A stretch of DNA of 64,000 nucleotides from the IMG/VR virus record IMGVR_UViG_3300020576_007701; one strand, written 5' to 3'. Under the pieces are notes generated by a model. It was not told where the DNA came from and searched no databases. It saw only the letters and a list, made by a program, of their open reading frames with translations. Made by a program: the position numbers and the translations under genes. Shown in pieces: positions 40,755 to 50,617 of this stretch. The DNA is from a virus. Its lineage: Duplodnaviria > Caudoviricetes. Position 1 is the stretch's first letter. Each line of letters starts with the position of its first letter.

Positions 40755-41186
40755 TTAAAAGTTATCTCCATAAAACCCTGGTTCTCTCATTTGATAATCA
40801 GGGTTTTTTGCTTTCTCTAATTCAACAGACATGCTGATATCGAATTGAACATAAGAATATTTTATTTTTTGAAAAATAAATCTGTTTACATATAGCTTAG
40901 AAAATAACAAAGAAATTACACCGCAAGAAATTGATGCAATTGTGTTTGAAAAAATAAATGCAAACAAAAAAGAAGCTAATAAAGCAATAAAAGTTAGTAC
41001 TAAAAAAATGTTTTTTACAACAACAGTGTTTTCATAATCTTTAACCAAAAAAATTGTTGCGTTTTCGCTAGCAATTTCTAGTTCTTTTTCTGTTTTTTCC
41101 GATTCTTCTAAAACGTGCTCGATTGGCTTTTTATAAAAAAAGGTAAAGACAATAGCTTCCCAAATGTTTAATACAATATTTTTCAT
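40755..41186 (-). CDS. Two-TM membrane protein
   Basis: Hydrophobic runs IFLVLTFIALLASFLFAFIF and IASISCGVISLLF; divergent from the endolysin gene. Confidence 0.55.
   Translation of the reverse strand: MKNIVLNIWEAIVFTFFYKKPIEHVLEESEKTEKELEIASENATIFLVKDYENTVVVKNIFLVLTFIALLASFLFAFIFSNTIASISCGVISLLFSKLYVNRFIFQKIKYSYVQFDISMSVELEKAKNPDYQMREPGFYGDNF
40772..40809. terminator. Probable bidirectional terminator
   Basis: AAAACCCTGGTT...AATCAGGGTTTT hairpin where two convergent genes meet. Confidence 0.55.
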
Positions 41187-41270
41187 AGTAAAACTTTTAT
41201 ATAATTATACGAATAATAAAGAAAAAGGTTTCAGTTTTTAACAAAATAAACCTATTTATTCTAAAAAGAC

Positions 41271-42164
41271 ATGGTAAAATTAGGAGATACTGGTTTAGAG
41301 GCGACAGAGGTTCAAAAACTTCTTTCTATGCTTGGTTATGATTTAATTGTAGATGGAAGCTTTGGGGCAAAGTCGGTTAGATCTTTACAAGCCTTTCAAA
41401 AAAAAATGGGCCTTACAGTAGATGGTGAGTGCGGCCCCAAAACCCTAGAAGCCCTTAAAGCTTCGCAAAAAAGAACAGCAAAAGAAGAAAAATCGCCAGC
41501 AAATCCAAAAGATTATGGCGAACTCGTTATAAATAGAACTGTTCTTTTAGATTCAACACAGTATTTAAGACAAAGCACTCCAAAAGATAAAATATTTATT
41601 CACTTTACAGCTGGTGGCCCAAATGCTACTAATGTCATTAGAGGGTGGGCCGCTGATGAAACAAGGGTTTCTACTGCCTATCTTATAGATGGTGAATCTG
41701 GACAGATATTTGAATGTTTTAGCCCAGATTATTGGAGCTTTCACCTTGGTGTAAAAGGTACGAATGGTGCACTTGATAAAGCATCTATTGGTATAGAAAT
41801 GTGTAACTGGGGTCCTATCACAAAAAAAGGAGATAAATTTTTTAATTACGTTAATAGAGAAGTTCCTTCAGATCAAGTACTTACATTAGAAAAACCTTTT
41901 AGAGGCTTTAGTTATTTTCATAAAATGACAACCGCACAATGGGAGTCTCTTGAAAAATTATTGGAATATTTAATCACTCATTACAACGTATCGGTTCAAA
42001 AAATGTTTGACAACAACTGGTTTGAATTTAATCAAGAGCTTATAGATAAAAAAACACCTGGACTTTGGACGCACACTAATGTTAGAAAAGATAAGACAGA
42101 TTTTCCACCAACGCCAGAGTTGTTGGATATTTTAAATAGACTTGCTAAAAAATTTAACCCTTAA
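41271..42164 (+). CDS. Endolysin: peptidoglycan-binding domain + N-acetylmuramoyl-L-alanine amidase (Amidase_2)
   Basis: VDGSFG...FQKKMGLTVDGECGPKT; IFIHFTAG, SIGIEMCN, WTH....DKTD zinc ligands; TATTTAT at 41253-41259. Confidence 0.9.
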   Translation: MVKLGDTGLEATEVQKLLSMLGYDLIVDGSFGAKSVRSLQAFQKKMGLTVDGECGPKTLEALKASQKRTAKEEKSPANPKDYGELVINRTVLLDSTQYLRQSTPKDKIFIHFTAGGPNATNVIRGWAADETRVSTAYLIDGESGQIFECFSPDYWSFHLGVKGTNGALDKASIGIEMCNWGPITKKGDKFFNYVNREVPSDQVLTLEKPFRGFSYFHKMTTAQWESLEKLLEYLITHYNVSVQKMFDNNWFEFNQELIDKKTPGLWTHTNVRKDKTDFPPTPELLDILNRLAKKFNP

Positions 42165-42168
42165 TAAT

Positions 42169-42387
42169 ATGGCAGCAGAGGAGTGGAATGAAACCAGGCT
42201 AAAATCACTTATAAAAGATACCATGAAACAAGAGTTAAAAGATCTTAGATATGATATCGAAAAGTTAAGAGAAAAGCAAAATAAAAAAACTGACGAAGAG
42301 CAAGTTAGAGAATTGGTTCGTTCTATGATCGTAAACCTTCACAAGTTTATGTGGCAAAAATCAAGTACATATATAAAACAAATATAA
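42169..42387 (+). CDS. Small late protein
   Basis: ATG at 42169 preferred over the upstream TTG; RLKSLIKDTMKQE tag. Confidence 0.55.
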   Translation: MAAEEWNETRLKSLIKDTMKQELKDLRYDIEKLREKQNKKTDEEQVRELVRSMIVNLHKFMWQKSSTYIKQI

Positions 42388-42388
42388 A

Positions 42389-43099
42389 ATGACACATTCA
42401 GATTTACAAAAATTAATAAGAAAAACAATACAATCCACAGCTTTCGAGAGCTTAAAGGAATTGAAAAACAAATCTGCTGTTAACAACGCAAATGCCAGCT
42501 TAAACTCTTCAAGTTTGGCTGAAGACGATATTGACATGGTTTTGTTTCATGGTGGACATAAAAAACAAGAACCTCAAAAAAGATCACAAATAAAAATTCA
42601 AGAAGGAGTTTCTAGTACTTTAAAAATAACAACATCAGAAATAAAACAATTTGAAAACAGTTTTCAAAAAATACTTGAAAACATCCCTGGTGCATCTATT
42701 GTATTTGATAAGCAGCCAAATGGGTTTTCGATTTCTGCAGTAAAAAGACCAGACGGCGTAGAGGCAAAATCTTCAGGGACTATTAATCTTGGCGAAAATG
42801 GTAAAATTATTTGGTCTTATTCTCTTTTAAATGGTTTTACATTAAATGCTCAAAATTTAAAATTAGCTGATGATAATAAATTAATGTTCGAAGCAATGGC
42901 TAATCACTATAATGATTGGCAAAAAAAATGGAGAGAAATGCTAAATCTTCCTAGCGCACCTGAAGAAAACGGCGATCAAGAGCAGGGTCCAATGCCAAAT
43001 CAATCAACACCACCTGGTGGTGGCGCTGGTACAATGTCAAATGGCGCTGGTGGAGCTGGTCAAGGTGGGGCAGTAGATTCTGGAACAATGGGAATGTAA
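42389..43099 (+). CDS. Putative head-associated protein
   Basis: 236 aa; MTHSDLQKLIRKTI tag and Gly-rich tail. Confidence 0.55.
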   Translation: MTHSDLQKLIRKTIQSTAFESLKELKNKSAVNNANASLNSSSLAEDDIDMVLFHGGHKKQEPQKRSQIKIQEGVSSTLKITTSEIKQFENSFQKILENIPGASIVFDKQPNGFSISAVKRPDGVEAKSSGTINLGENGKIIWSYSLLNGFTLNAQNLKLADDNKLMFEAMANHYNDWQKKWREMLNLPSAPEENGDQEQGPMPNQSTPPGGGAGTMSNGAGGAGQGGAVDSGTMGM

Positions 43100-43149
43100 A
43101 CTTTTTAAAATAACATTTATTTTAATAAAACCTTATAGTATATTTCTTT

Positions 43150-43434
43150 ATGTACACCAACAAGCAAATAGTTGATAATCAAAAAATGTTTAAAGAAGAA
43201 ATTATTTCTTTTTTAACAAAAGAGAATCAAAAAATTGCTAAAGATGTTTTAGAAATTGATTCAGAGGATGAATTTATTTTAAAGGAAAAAGAAAAGATGA
43301 TTAACAGGTTAAAGAATACAAATATTAACGAGGTAGTCAAAAAATATTTTTTCTCTCATCCGAATAGGGATGAAACTTTTTATGCTTGGTGGGATGTACA
43401 TTCACAAGAAGCAAGAATTTTAAAATATGTCTAA
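43150..43434 (+). CDS. Hypothetical protein
   Basis: 94-aa ORF. Confidence 0.55.
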   Translation: MYTNKQIVDNQKMFKEEIISFLTKENQKIAKDVLEIDSEDEFILKEKEKMINRLKNTNINEVVKKYFFSHPNRDETFYAWWDVHSQEARILKYV

Positions 43435-43930
43435 AAACAGAAAACACACAATCCCAATTCTAATAGATATCAAGTTTAATGGATCTATGAATAAGTTCGA
43501 AGAAGTATATGGAGACCATGTTACCTATGCTGAAATAGAACAAGAAAGCTATATAGATTTAAAAACTATGATGTTTGAAAAAATAAGCGACAGCATTAAG
43601 TTTAGAAAATTTAATAGAGAAAAACATATATTAACTTTAAGGGCCGACATGTTTGAAAAAGAATTTCAAATATTGCAAGATATTTTGCTAAACAAAGTTG
43701 TTGACACTTTAGCGACAAAAGATAAAAAAAATGTAAGTGGAGAACCTATCATGCAAAGATTTAACTTCCTTCATGATTTCATAATTTCTAATGTAAAAAT
43801 TATGACAGAAGAAGACTTGGTACGTGTTAAAAAAAATGCCACGCTTGAAGATGAAATTTTCTTTGACGAAAGAACAACAAAGGTTTCTTTAGACGAAATA
43901 GAAAATTTTAGCGAAGAAGAATTTGATTAA
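43427..43930 (+). CDS. Hypothetical protein
   Basis: 167-aa ORF. Confidence 0.6.
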   Translation: MSKNRKHTIPILIDIKFNGSMNKFEEVYGDHVTYAEIEQESYIDLKTMMFEKISDSIKFRKFNREKHILTLRADMFEKEFQILQDILLNKVVDTLATKDKKNVSGEPIMQRFNFLHDFIISNVKIMTEEDLVRVKKNATLEDEIFFDERTTKVSLDEIENFSEEEFD

Positions 43931-43949
43931 TATTTATAAAAAAAACAAT

Positions 43950-44786
43950 ATGGAAGAATATATATCAGAAGAGCAAAGAAATGCAATTCTAAGAAAAAGA
44001 AAAGAAATGATGGCTAAAATGGGTGTGCCAAATGCTGGCACCATGATTAGCGAATCTGCAGTAAACGGAAGTCACGGTTCGGCAATGGCTCAAAAGTTGG
44101 CAGCAATTAAAAATGGCGCTGCAAAAGCAGAGCTAAACAAATATATCCAAGCAACTGGAAAGAGTGCGCCAGGTCAGTTTCAGGGCATACCAGAACCAAG
44201 TTCAAAAAGACCAGGAGTTAGGCCTAGAAAAGAAGAAGTTAAGGCTGAATATAAACAAGAAGTTGCAAACTTCTCGGCACCGCAATCTGATTCAAGCGAA
44301 TTAGATGCTCTTGAAAGAATGTTTACTGGTGGTGATTCTGGTCCAGCTAGAATGGTTCCAGGTGGGAGACCATCAGAGATAAATTTAGATGTGGATGTAA
44401 ATACTGGAGAAATGTCTGGAATGAAATTTATGCCAACATTTGATCCTCAAGCCGCACTACAAAATAAAGCTAGAAAAACAGCTCAACAACAAAGTGAATA
44501 TTTAAAATTTGCTCAAGAAGGTGTTCCGCAGACAAATGAAGAATTTGTAAACGTAGCTCAGCCAGGCATGCAACTTGGCGGTTTAAACATGCAAGGTATA
44601 CAAATTATGATGGAAACTATTGCAAAAGGAATTGCTGAAAAAACAATTAGAAACGTTCTTAACGAGTATTCAGAACAACAAAAAGGAAAAATGTTTTATG
44701 AATATTACAATAAAGATAAAGGTGTTATAAAAACAGCGGACGGAAAACTTTATAGATTAACACCAGTTACAATTGTAAAAAAATAA
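43950..44786 (+). CDS. Hypothetical late protein
   Basis: ATG at 43950, 12 nt after TATTTAT (43931-43937). Confidence 0.6.
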   Translation: MEEYISEEQRNAILRKRKEMMAKMGVPNAGTMISESAVNGSHGSAMAQKLAAIKNGAAKAELNKYIQATGKSAPGQFQGIPEPSSKRPGVRPRKEEVKAEYKQEVANFSAPQSDSSELDALERMFTGGDSGPARMVPGGRPSEINLDVDVNTGEMSGMKFMPTFDPQAALQNKARKTAQQQSEYLKFAQEGVPQTNEEFVNVAQPGMQLGGLNMQGIQIMMETIAKGIAEKTIRNVLNEYSEQQKGKMFYEYYNKDKGVIKTADGKLYRLTPVTIVKK

Positions 44787-44792
44787 AACTTA

Positions 44793-45278
44793 TTATAGAT
44801 CACCCCATTCAAAGGCTGAAGTAAAAATTACTTTGGCCTTTGTGTCTTTATGTACGGTACCATCTATGATTGATTGCAAATAATCTAACTTGCTTTTTTT
44901 TAATGGCCTTATATTGTCGTGTGTTGTAGCGTTTTGAAGATTTTGAATTCTACATTCATATATAAGTCTTCTTTGAGAAAAAGAAGAATTTACTAATTCT
45001 ACCCAGCCATTTTTTATAGAAACATCTAAATGCTGAGTTGCATGACAAGCTTTGCAAAGCATTGAAAATTCTGAGTTAATAGGATCAGCTTCATTTAACA
45101 CCTCAAGGTGCATCAATAAAGCTTTTGGATTCATAGGTGAGTAATCGCAACCGCAACACATGTGTTTGTCACGCTCTGAGATTTCTTGCCTTTTTTTCTC
45201 ATAAGCCTCATCTCCAATTAGTTTTTTAAACTCTCTATCTGAAGGAGAAATTTTTAATTTTAAATCATACTCTTTCAT
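44793..45278 (-). CDS. HNH-fold zinc protein (IcmJ/DotN-like)
   Basis: ERDKHMCCGC...MH...LCKACHATQH; translationally coupled downstream of infC. Confidence 0.55.
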   Translation of the reverse strand: MKEYDLKLKISPSDREFKKLIGDEAYEKKRQEISERDKHMCCGCDYSPMNPKALLMHLEVLNEADPINSEFSMLCKACHATQHLDVSIKNGWVELVNSSFSQRRLIYECRIQNLQNATTHDNIRPLKKSKLDYLQSIIDGTVHKDTKAKVIFTSAFEWGDL

Positions 45279-45892
45279 TATTTTTTTGGTTTAATTATAA
45301 AATGCATTTGTTTACCCTCAAGTTTTGGCAAGCTTTCTGGAACACCAGCTTCTTCAACCATTTCTGCAAATTTAAGCAAAACTATCTCTCCTTGAACTTT
45401 AAAAGCGATTCCTCTTCCTTTAAAAAAAAGCACAGCCTTAACTTTATCACCCCTTTTTAAAAAATCAACACTTTGTTTGGCCTTGGTTTTCATGTCATTT
45501 TCACCAATATTTTGGCTAAGCCTAATTTCTTTTGTAGTAGAAACCTTTTGGTTTTTTTGTTTTTCTTTTTCTTTTTTAGCTTGATCAAACTTGAACTTAG
45601 AGAAATCCGTTATTTTACAAACTGATGGTACTACTTGACCCGATATCTCTATGAGATCTAGTTCTAATTTTTTAGCCAACGCCAAAGCGTCTTGTAAGGA
45701 ATAAACCCCGTCCGTTTGACCCTCTGGCAACTCTACAAGTCTTACTTGAGTTGAAGTTATTTGGTTGTTTATTTTATTGCTAAACTTACCCTTTTGAGGA
45801 TTACCATATCTAGCTTGATTTGGTTTACCTTGATAGTTTTTCTTGTTGTCCAATTTTAAAATTATTTTGTTAATAATATTGTCTAGGATCAA
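45278..45892 (-). CDS. infC: Translation initiation factor IF-3 (non-AUG start; exact start uncertain, TTG 45892 or 45853, or ATT)
   Basis: INNQI....VRLV, ALALAKKLELDLIEIS....PSVCKITDFSKFKF, KEIRLS.NIGEND...K....FLKRGDKVK...FKGR and PKLEG..M....PKK. Confidence 0.95.
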   Translation of the reverse strand: MILDNIINKIILKLDNKKNYQGKPNQARYGNPQKGKFSNKINNQITSTQVRLVELPEGQTDGVYSLQDALALAKKLELDLIEISGQVVPSVCKITDFSKFKFDQAKKEKEKQKNQKVSTTKEIRLSQNIGENDMKTKAKQSVDFLKRGDKVKAVLFFKGRGIAFKVQGEIVLLKFAEMVEEAGVPESLPKLEGKQMHFIIKPKK

Positions 45893-45910
45893 ATTTAAGA
45901 AATTTTTGAG

Positions 45911-45922
45911 TATTTATAAATA
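45911..45922. promoter_or_regulatory. Palindromic TATTTATAAATA, candidate bidirectional late promoter
   Basis: Contains TATTTAT on both strands, between divergent infC and 45936..46598. Confidence 0.5.
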
Positions 45923-45935
45923 AAAATCAGAGATT

Positions 45936-46598
45936 ATGGAAAAAAAAGTTCAAAAAATGTCCTTGAATGACTTTAAACAATATATCATTTCCGAAGCAAT
46001 GAAGATGCTTAACGCTGGAGATCCAATGGAAGTAACCATGAACAGCATGGATAAATTGGTTGGAAACGACGGTGCTAAAGTAGCAGCAAAGGAAAATGGC
46101 GGGTTTGAATCAAAAACCAAAGCACCTGAAGCTGGTTCTGACAATATCGAAAAAACAGAAGATACTGTTGATGTTAAAATGAACCAAGCCCCATCTAAGG
46201 GTGGAAGTGATGAAAAAGTCGCTGCTGCCGTTGAGGTTGAAGCTGCTGGTTCTACTAAAAAAGGCGGTTCTGTTGAAGGAATGCACAACGCAGACTTTAC
46301 TAGTCTAGACAAACAACCTTCCACAAAAGCATCAACCCCGTTTGAAGAAAAAAAGGGCGAAGTGGATATGAAAGAAATGGACAAAGCTGTTGATGAAGGA
46401 ACTAAAACTTTTGTTGAAGCTGGCGCTAAAGATAGTACTGGACAACCAAATTCTAAGTTTTCAGAAGAAGCTAAAAACGAAAAAGAAAAAGAAGAAAGAA
46501 TTGCAAAAGCAATACAATTGCCAGAATCTTTCAAAAATAAAAACGAAATGTTAAAATTTATTCAAGAAGAAGCTAAAAAAATAGCAAAACTTCTTTAA
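45936..46598 (+). CDS. Acidic, disordered putative head/scaffold-type protein
   Basis: Helical tags at both ends (DFKQYIISEA, MLKFIQEEA) and internal repeats (V.MN.MDK / VKMNQ / VDMKEMDK). Confidence 0.55.
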   Translation: MEKKVQKMSLNDFKQYIISEAMKMLNAGDPMEVTMNSMDKLVGNDGAKVAAKENGGFESKTKAPEAGSDNIEKTEDTVDVKMNQAPSKGGSDEKVAAAVEVEAAGSTKKGGSVEGMHNADFTSLDKQPSTKASTPFEEKKGEVDMKEMDKAVDEGTKTFVEAGAKDSTGQPNSKFSEEAKNEKEKEERIAKAIQLPESFKNKNEMLKFIQEEAKKIAKLL

Positions 46599-46619
46599 TT
46601 ATAACAACAAAATATAATT

Positions 46620-46650
46620 AAAACCAAGGCCTTAAAAGTCTTGGTTTTTT
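46620..46650 (+). terminator. Rho-independent terminator
   Basis: AAAACCAAGGC...GTCTTGGTTTTTT hairpin. Confidence 0.7.
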
Positions 46651-46685
46651 CGTTTAATAGAACTATATTTTACAAAACAATTATT

Positions 46686-48683
46686 ATGATTTTAAACATA
46701 GACAAATATATATCCAAATATTCATTTGTAAACTTTGGTACCAAAAAGGGCGACGTTTACTTTTGTAGTTGTGGCGAGGTATTCTGCAAGAGTACTCAAG
46801 ATAATGAAATAAAAAATGAGATGGCCGAAACCAACAAAAAATTAGCTGGTATAGAAGTTGATTCAGATATGGCATCCGAATTACAAAATATTTTTAAAGA
46901 TGTTAAAATAGGATTTGGAGAAAATATCACATGTCCAAATTGTGAAAAAAATTTGCAGACAATTAATAATAAGGAAACCTTAATATTAGATAATGAAAAT
47001 TTTATTTCTGGTTACAACTTTATAGAGGACGAAAGTTCTTTGTTACTTGCCTACTCTGTCGTAAAAGCTGATCTAAGCTCTTTAGAAAAAGTGGAATTTT
47101 TAAACGAAATGAAGACATTAAGATTTGAAAAAGAAACGAGGAAGTTGTTTTACAAAGATTTTGAATCTTCAGAAGTAGAATTTGACTTAGATGAAATTAT
47201 TAATGTGGTTAATAAATTTTTTGTATTCCAAACAAATAAAGTTGTTAATCTTTTTGATATGCACTCTTTTGTAAACAGGTTATCAAACTTTACAATTGAC
47301 TCTCAAAACATCAACATAATACAAGAATTACTTAGCACATTACATGGCAAGGTTAGCGACTCTGGAATAGATGTAATTAAAAAAATAATTTCTATATTTT
47401 TTGGAATAATAAAATATTCAAATCTTTCAACTGTAGCAATGACAAAGAGTTCAATTTTTCTTTATGACTTAATGTTGGAGTGTAGCATTCCAAACTCAGC
47501 CGTACTTGAGGAAAACAAAGTTACTTCTCCAATAAAAATTTTCAATTTTTTAGTTCAAAATTATGTTTCTAAATTAAATGAAGAGGTAAATGCAGACAAT
47601 AAGAATGTGCATAATTTCAAATTTAAATCAAAAACAAGAATCCAATATGATGATCAAGGAGAAAATGTTGAAGTAAAAGATTTAGCCGACGAGTTTGTAA
47701 AAGATCTTAAATTCGCCTCTCAAAAAGGTTACAAAGAGGGAAAGGTTTCAAGAGATAAGGGTCAATATCAAGTACAAGATGCAATTGCAGATGGTACTGT
47801 TTCTAAATTTATTTTTAAACAAATAAAAAATTTTTCTGATTATAAAAAAATAATCAAGTTTTTCAAGCACGTAGATAAAAACGGGCTTATACAATTGCTA
47901 CAAGAATACAAGCTTGAATTTCTTGTAAGCGTTATAGATCCTATTTATTTTAGAAAAAAAACAGATATAAAAGACTTGAAAAGGTTGCTTGATATAATTC
48001 TTGATTTTACAGCTCAAGAATCTAAAAAGAACTGTGTTTACTTAGATGGTGTAATTAGAATGGATTATTCGCATGTGAGAAAATTTGATTTTATCACATA
48101 TGACGACGCACTTATGATGATGGTTGTTTTAAACTTTGATCCCAAGGTGCATTTTAATAAAATAAAAACTTTTTCTGAATTAACACAATACCACAATAAT
48201 CTTGTAAAATATTTTGCAGTACTTAAAGATGAAGAAAAAAATGGTTCTATTATGGAGTTTGTTTCTAAGTTTAGATTTATAGAAGACAAAAATGGATACG
48301 ATGGCCCATTAGAATTTAAGCTTTTATCTACGCCAGGTATGATAATTAACGAAGGTATTGAAATGAAACATAGTGGTGCTGCTTATGCGAGCAATGTGGC
48401 TCAAGGTTTTTATTTAATGGCTCAGGTATATGATAAATTTATTGAAAGAGGGGATGACGAACCGCCAAGATACACAATTGGTTTTAATTATGATAAATTG
48501 ACTGGGCTAGAATTCGACCAAGTTAAAGGTTTCGCTAACGAACTTGGCGAGGGTATGCCAAAAAAGAAGGACAGGTTCAAAAAAGAACTCATGAGATGGC
48601 TAGCAATTAAAGATATTTCTTATAGACCAATAGGTGATATTAAACTTTCTGGAGATGATTTGACGCATGAATCAAAATTGTAA
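46686..48683 (+). CDS. PcfJ-like domain protein with N-terminal zinc ribbon
   Basis: CSCG...CPNC; C-terminal NEGIEMKHSGAAY...YTI....QVKG; ATG at 46686 after TTG-N20-TATATTTT. Confidence 0.6.
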   Translation: MILNIDKYISKYSFVNFGTKKGDVYFCSCGEVFCKSTQDNEIKNEMAETNKKLAGIEVDSDMASELQNIFKDVKIGFGENITCPNCEKNLQTINNKETLILDNENFISGYNFIEDESSLLLAYSVVKADLSSLEKVEFLNEMKTLRFEKETRKLFYKDFESSEVEFDLDEIINVVNKFFVFQTNKVVNLFDMHSFVNRLSNFTIDSQNINIIQELLSTLHGKVSDSGIDVIKKIISIFFGIIKYSNLSTVAMTKSSIFLYDLMLECSIPNSAVLEENKVTSPIKIFNFLVQNYVSKLNEEVNADNKNVHNFKFKSKTRIQYDDQGENVEVKDLADEFVKDLKFASQKGYKEGKVSRDKGQYQVQDAIADGTVSKFIFKQIKNFSDYKKIIKFFKHVDKNGLIQLLQEYKLEFLVSVIDPIYFRKKTDIKDLKRLLDIILDFTAQESKKNCVYLDGVIRMDYSHVRKFDFITYDDALMMMVVLNFDPKVHFNKIKTFSELTQYHNNLVKYFAVLKDEEKNGSIMEFVSKFRFIEDKNGYDGPLEFKLLSTPGMIINEGIEMKHSGAAYASNVAQGFYLMAQVYDKFIERGDDEPPRYTIGFNYDKLTGLEFDQVKGFANELGEGMPKKKDRFKKELMRWLAIKDISYRPIGDIKLSGDDLTHESKL

Positions 48684-49047
48684 GAGTATATTTTTGTACA
48701 ACAAAGATAATGAGTTAATAACTTTTTCTGATATTTCTGAATGTGGAGAAGTCGTTAATTTTTATGATCTTAGAGATAAGAAACTGACGAAAATTAACGT
48801 TGAGCACTATAAAGAAAGAGGCAAAATCGGCGTTGAAAGAAATAGGGCTATAATTACCTTTAAAGAAGAATGCTCATTGTTTCACACATTTATAGACTCT
48901 GATTCAAGAGTGGTAGCTCAAAAAAGAGGCTCATTCCAAAGAGAGTCGCCAACGCCAATATCTAAAATTTACAGTACAAACGAAGAAGATATAGAAAGTT
49001 TTACTATTGACAGCAACCTAGTGCAGAACTGGATTAAAAAGCTATAA
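48667..49047 (+). CDS. Hypothetical protein
   Basis: 126-aa ORF. Confidence 0.6.
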   Translation: MNQNCKSIFLYNKDNELITFSDISECGEVVNFYDLRDKKLTKINVEHYKERGKIGVERNRAIITFKEECSLFHTFIDSDSRVVAQKRGSFQRESPTPISKIYSTNEEDIESFTIDSNLVQNWIKKL

Positions 49048-49086
49048 TCTTAATTTTTATAAGCTATTTATTATAAAATAGTTAAG

Positions 49087-49557
49087 ATGAAATTAAAAGA
49101 TTTTTATTTGGGTATATTAAGTGAAACAGAAAACCATTTACATTTGGATGCCGATACTATTTCTAAAGTTAATGATGTTGACATCAATAAATCTGAAGAT
49201 AAAATAAAAATAAATTTTCAAACCACCTACGATAAAAGCGTTACACTCACAGTAGATTATTCTCAATTTAAAAAATGGTTTCTTGACAATTTAAATAAGC
49301 ACACCGATATGTTCAAGGGTTTCATACAAGATTTTGTATTGAATTCCAAAGAATCTGAAGCCCCAACGCCAGTTGTAAACGAAATCATTGATGATGATGG
49401 AAATATAATGCCAAGCACAGACATGCCAAATAACACTACAAATCAAATGGTTGGAGCAAACAATAATTGGGATTTAGAAAAGTTAGGAAAATCTCAAGCC
49501 TTTAAATCTAATAAATTTTTTACTGGCGGATATGGTGGTGGATTTATAACCTGGTAA
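49087..49557 (+). CDS. Hypothetical late protein
   Basis: TATTTAT at 49065-49071; starts MKLKDFYLGILSE. Confidence 0.6.
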   Translation: MKLKDFYLGILSETENHLHLDADTISKVNDVDINKSEDKIKINFQTTYDKSVTLTVDYSQFKKWFLDNLNKHTDMFKGFIQDFVLNSKESEAPTPVVNEIIDDDGNIMPSTDMPNNTTNQMVGANNNWDLEKLGKSQAFKSNKFFTGGYGGGFITW

Positions 49558-49572
49558 TAATTAAAAAAAATC

Positions 49573-50031
49573 ATGAAAGAAAACGATAGAATGAAAGACC
49601 TTGTAGAATTCTACAAAAAGAAAGACGAAATCTTCAAAAAAGATGTCAAAGAAACAGTTGAAAAAGATCTTTCAAGTGAATACAAGCGTTTAAGCGAATT
49701 GGCTGGAGGCAAATTAAATGCCGACTTTAAAGAGGGTTTTGTTCAAAATTCTACGCCATTTGAAATGGGCGCAGGAAACGTTAGAACGGTAAATACAATA
49801 GCCAATGATATGTATGGTAATCCAACAATGGCTTATCAACCTATTAGACAGCCTTTACAACCAGATGAAGCTGTAGAGTTAGCAATTACCAGATCTTTAA
49901 AATCGGGAGCCCCTGTTAAAGATATGGGCTTTTATGACGAAGTTAATTGGCATTTACAAACCTTGGGCTTTCCAGCTAAGAATGCTCTAGACATTAAAAA
50001 CATTATTTTAAAAATGATGTCAAAATCATAA
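49573..50031 (+). CDS. Hypothetical late protein
   Basis: Internal LSSEYKRLSELAG tag. Confidence 0.6.
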   Translation: MKENDRMKDLVEFYKKKDEIFKKDVKETVEKDLSSEYKRLSELAGGKLNADFKEGFVQNSTPFEMGAGNVRTVNTIANDMYGNPTMAYQPIRQPLQPDEAVELAITRSLKSGAPVKDMGFYDEVNWHLQTLGFPAKNALDIKNIILKMMSKS

Positions 50032-50555
50032 TGGAAAAAAAGTTTCTAAATGAAGAGATTGTAGAGAAGCTAAAAAGCATTATCTCAGAAGTAGGTGAAT
50101 ACAACTATAATAAAAGTTTTTCGCCACCAGATAATGTTGCCAAAAAATCAAGAGAGGCGTTATCTCAAATTTCTTCTATAGATCATACAATTGAAAATAC
50201 CGAGCAGGGATCTGGAAAAGAAAAAGCCTTGGAGTTAGCTGAAAAAAAGACTCAAAATGTAGAGCAAATGAAAAAGCTTGCTTCTTTCTTTAGTACCAAT
50301 GCTGCAATCATAACAAGGATAAAACAGCAAGGTGGTCCAAAAACAGATGAGGAAAGACATGCTCTGCAAGGGTGGAATTTGCGTGGCGCAGAAGCTGGTA
50401 ATCAATGGGTAAAAAATGAACTTGAAAGATTTCATCGTGAAAACCAAAGCACAAAAGACAATCTTAGAAAAGCTGGCGGTGCAGGAACAAATAAAGGGAT
50501 GGGTGTTTTTGCTAAAAATGTACTTGATACAAATAAACAAAGAATTCATAGATAA
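50031..50555 (+). CDS. Putative head-associated protein
   Basis: PPDNVAKKSREAL...GKEKALELA...MKKLASFF...WNLRGAEAGNQWV resembles a helical domain that recurs in phage head operons. Confidence 0.5.
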   Translation: MEKKFLNEEIVEKLKSIISEVGEYNYNKSFSPPDNVAKKSREALSQISSIDHTIENTEQGSGKEKALELAEKKTQNVEQMKKLASFFSTNAAIITRIKQQGGPKTDEERHALQGWNLRGAEAGNQWVKNELERFHRENQSTKDNLRKAGGAGTNKGMGVFAKNVLDTNKQRIHR

Positions 50556-50617
50556 AATTTGCTTTTTATCAGTCTGATCTTTATCTTTACAAAAACAAAT
50601 TAAAAATCTAGACAAAA

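Noticed and set aside
40755-41186. Holin call for the two-TM protein next to the endolysin
   Set aside because: Opposite strand, no TATTTAT upstream and no family motif; kept only as a membrane protein.
45950-46534. Long antisense ORFs (also 25286..25741, 50235..50630, 32382..32747, 6368..6676 and similar)
   Set aside because: Shadows of well-supported genes on the other strand, with no motifs or upstream signals.
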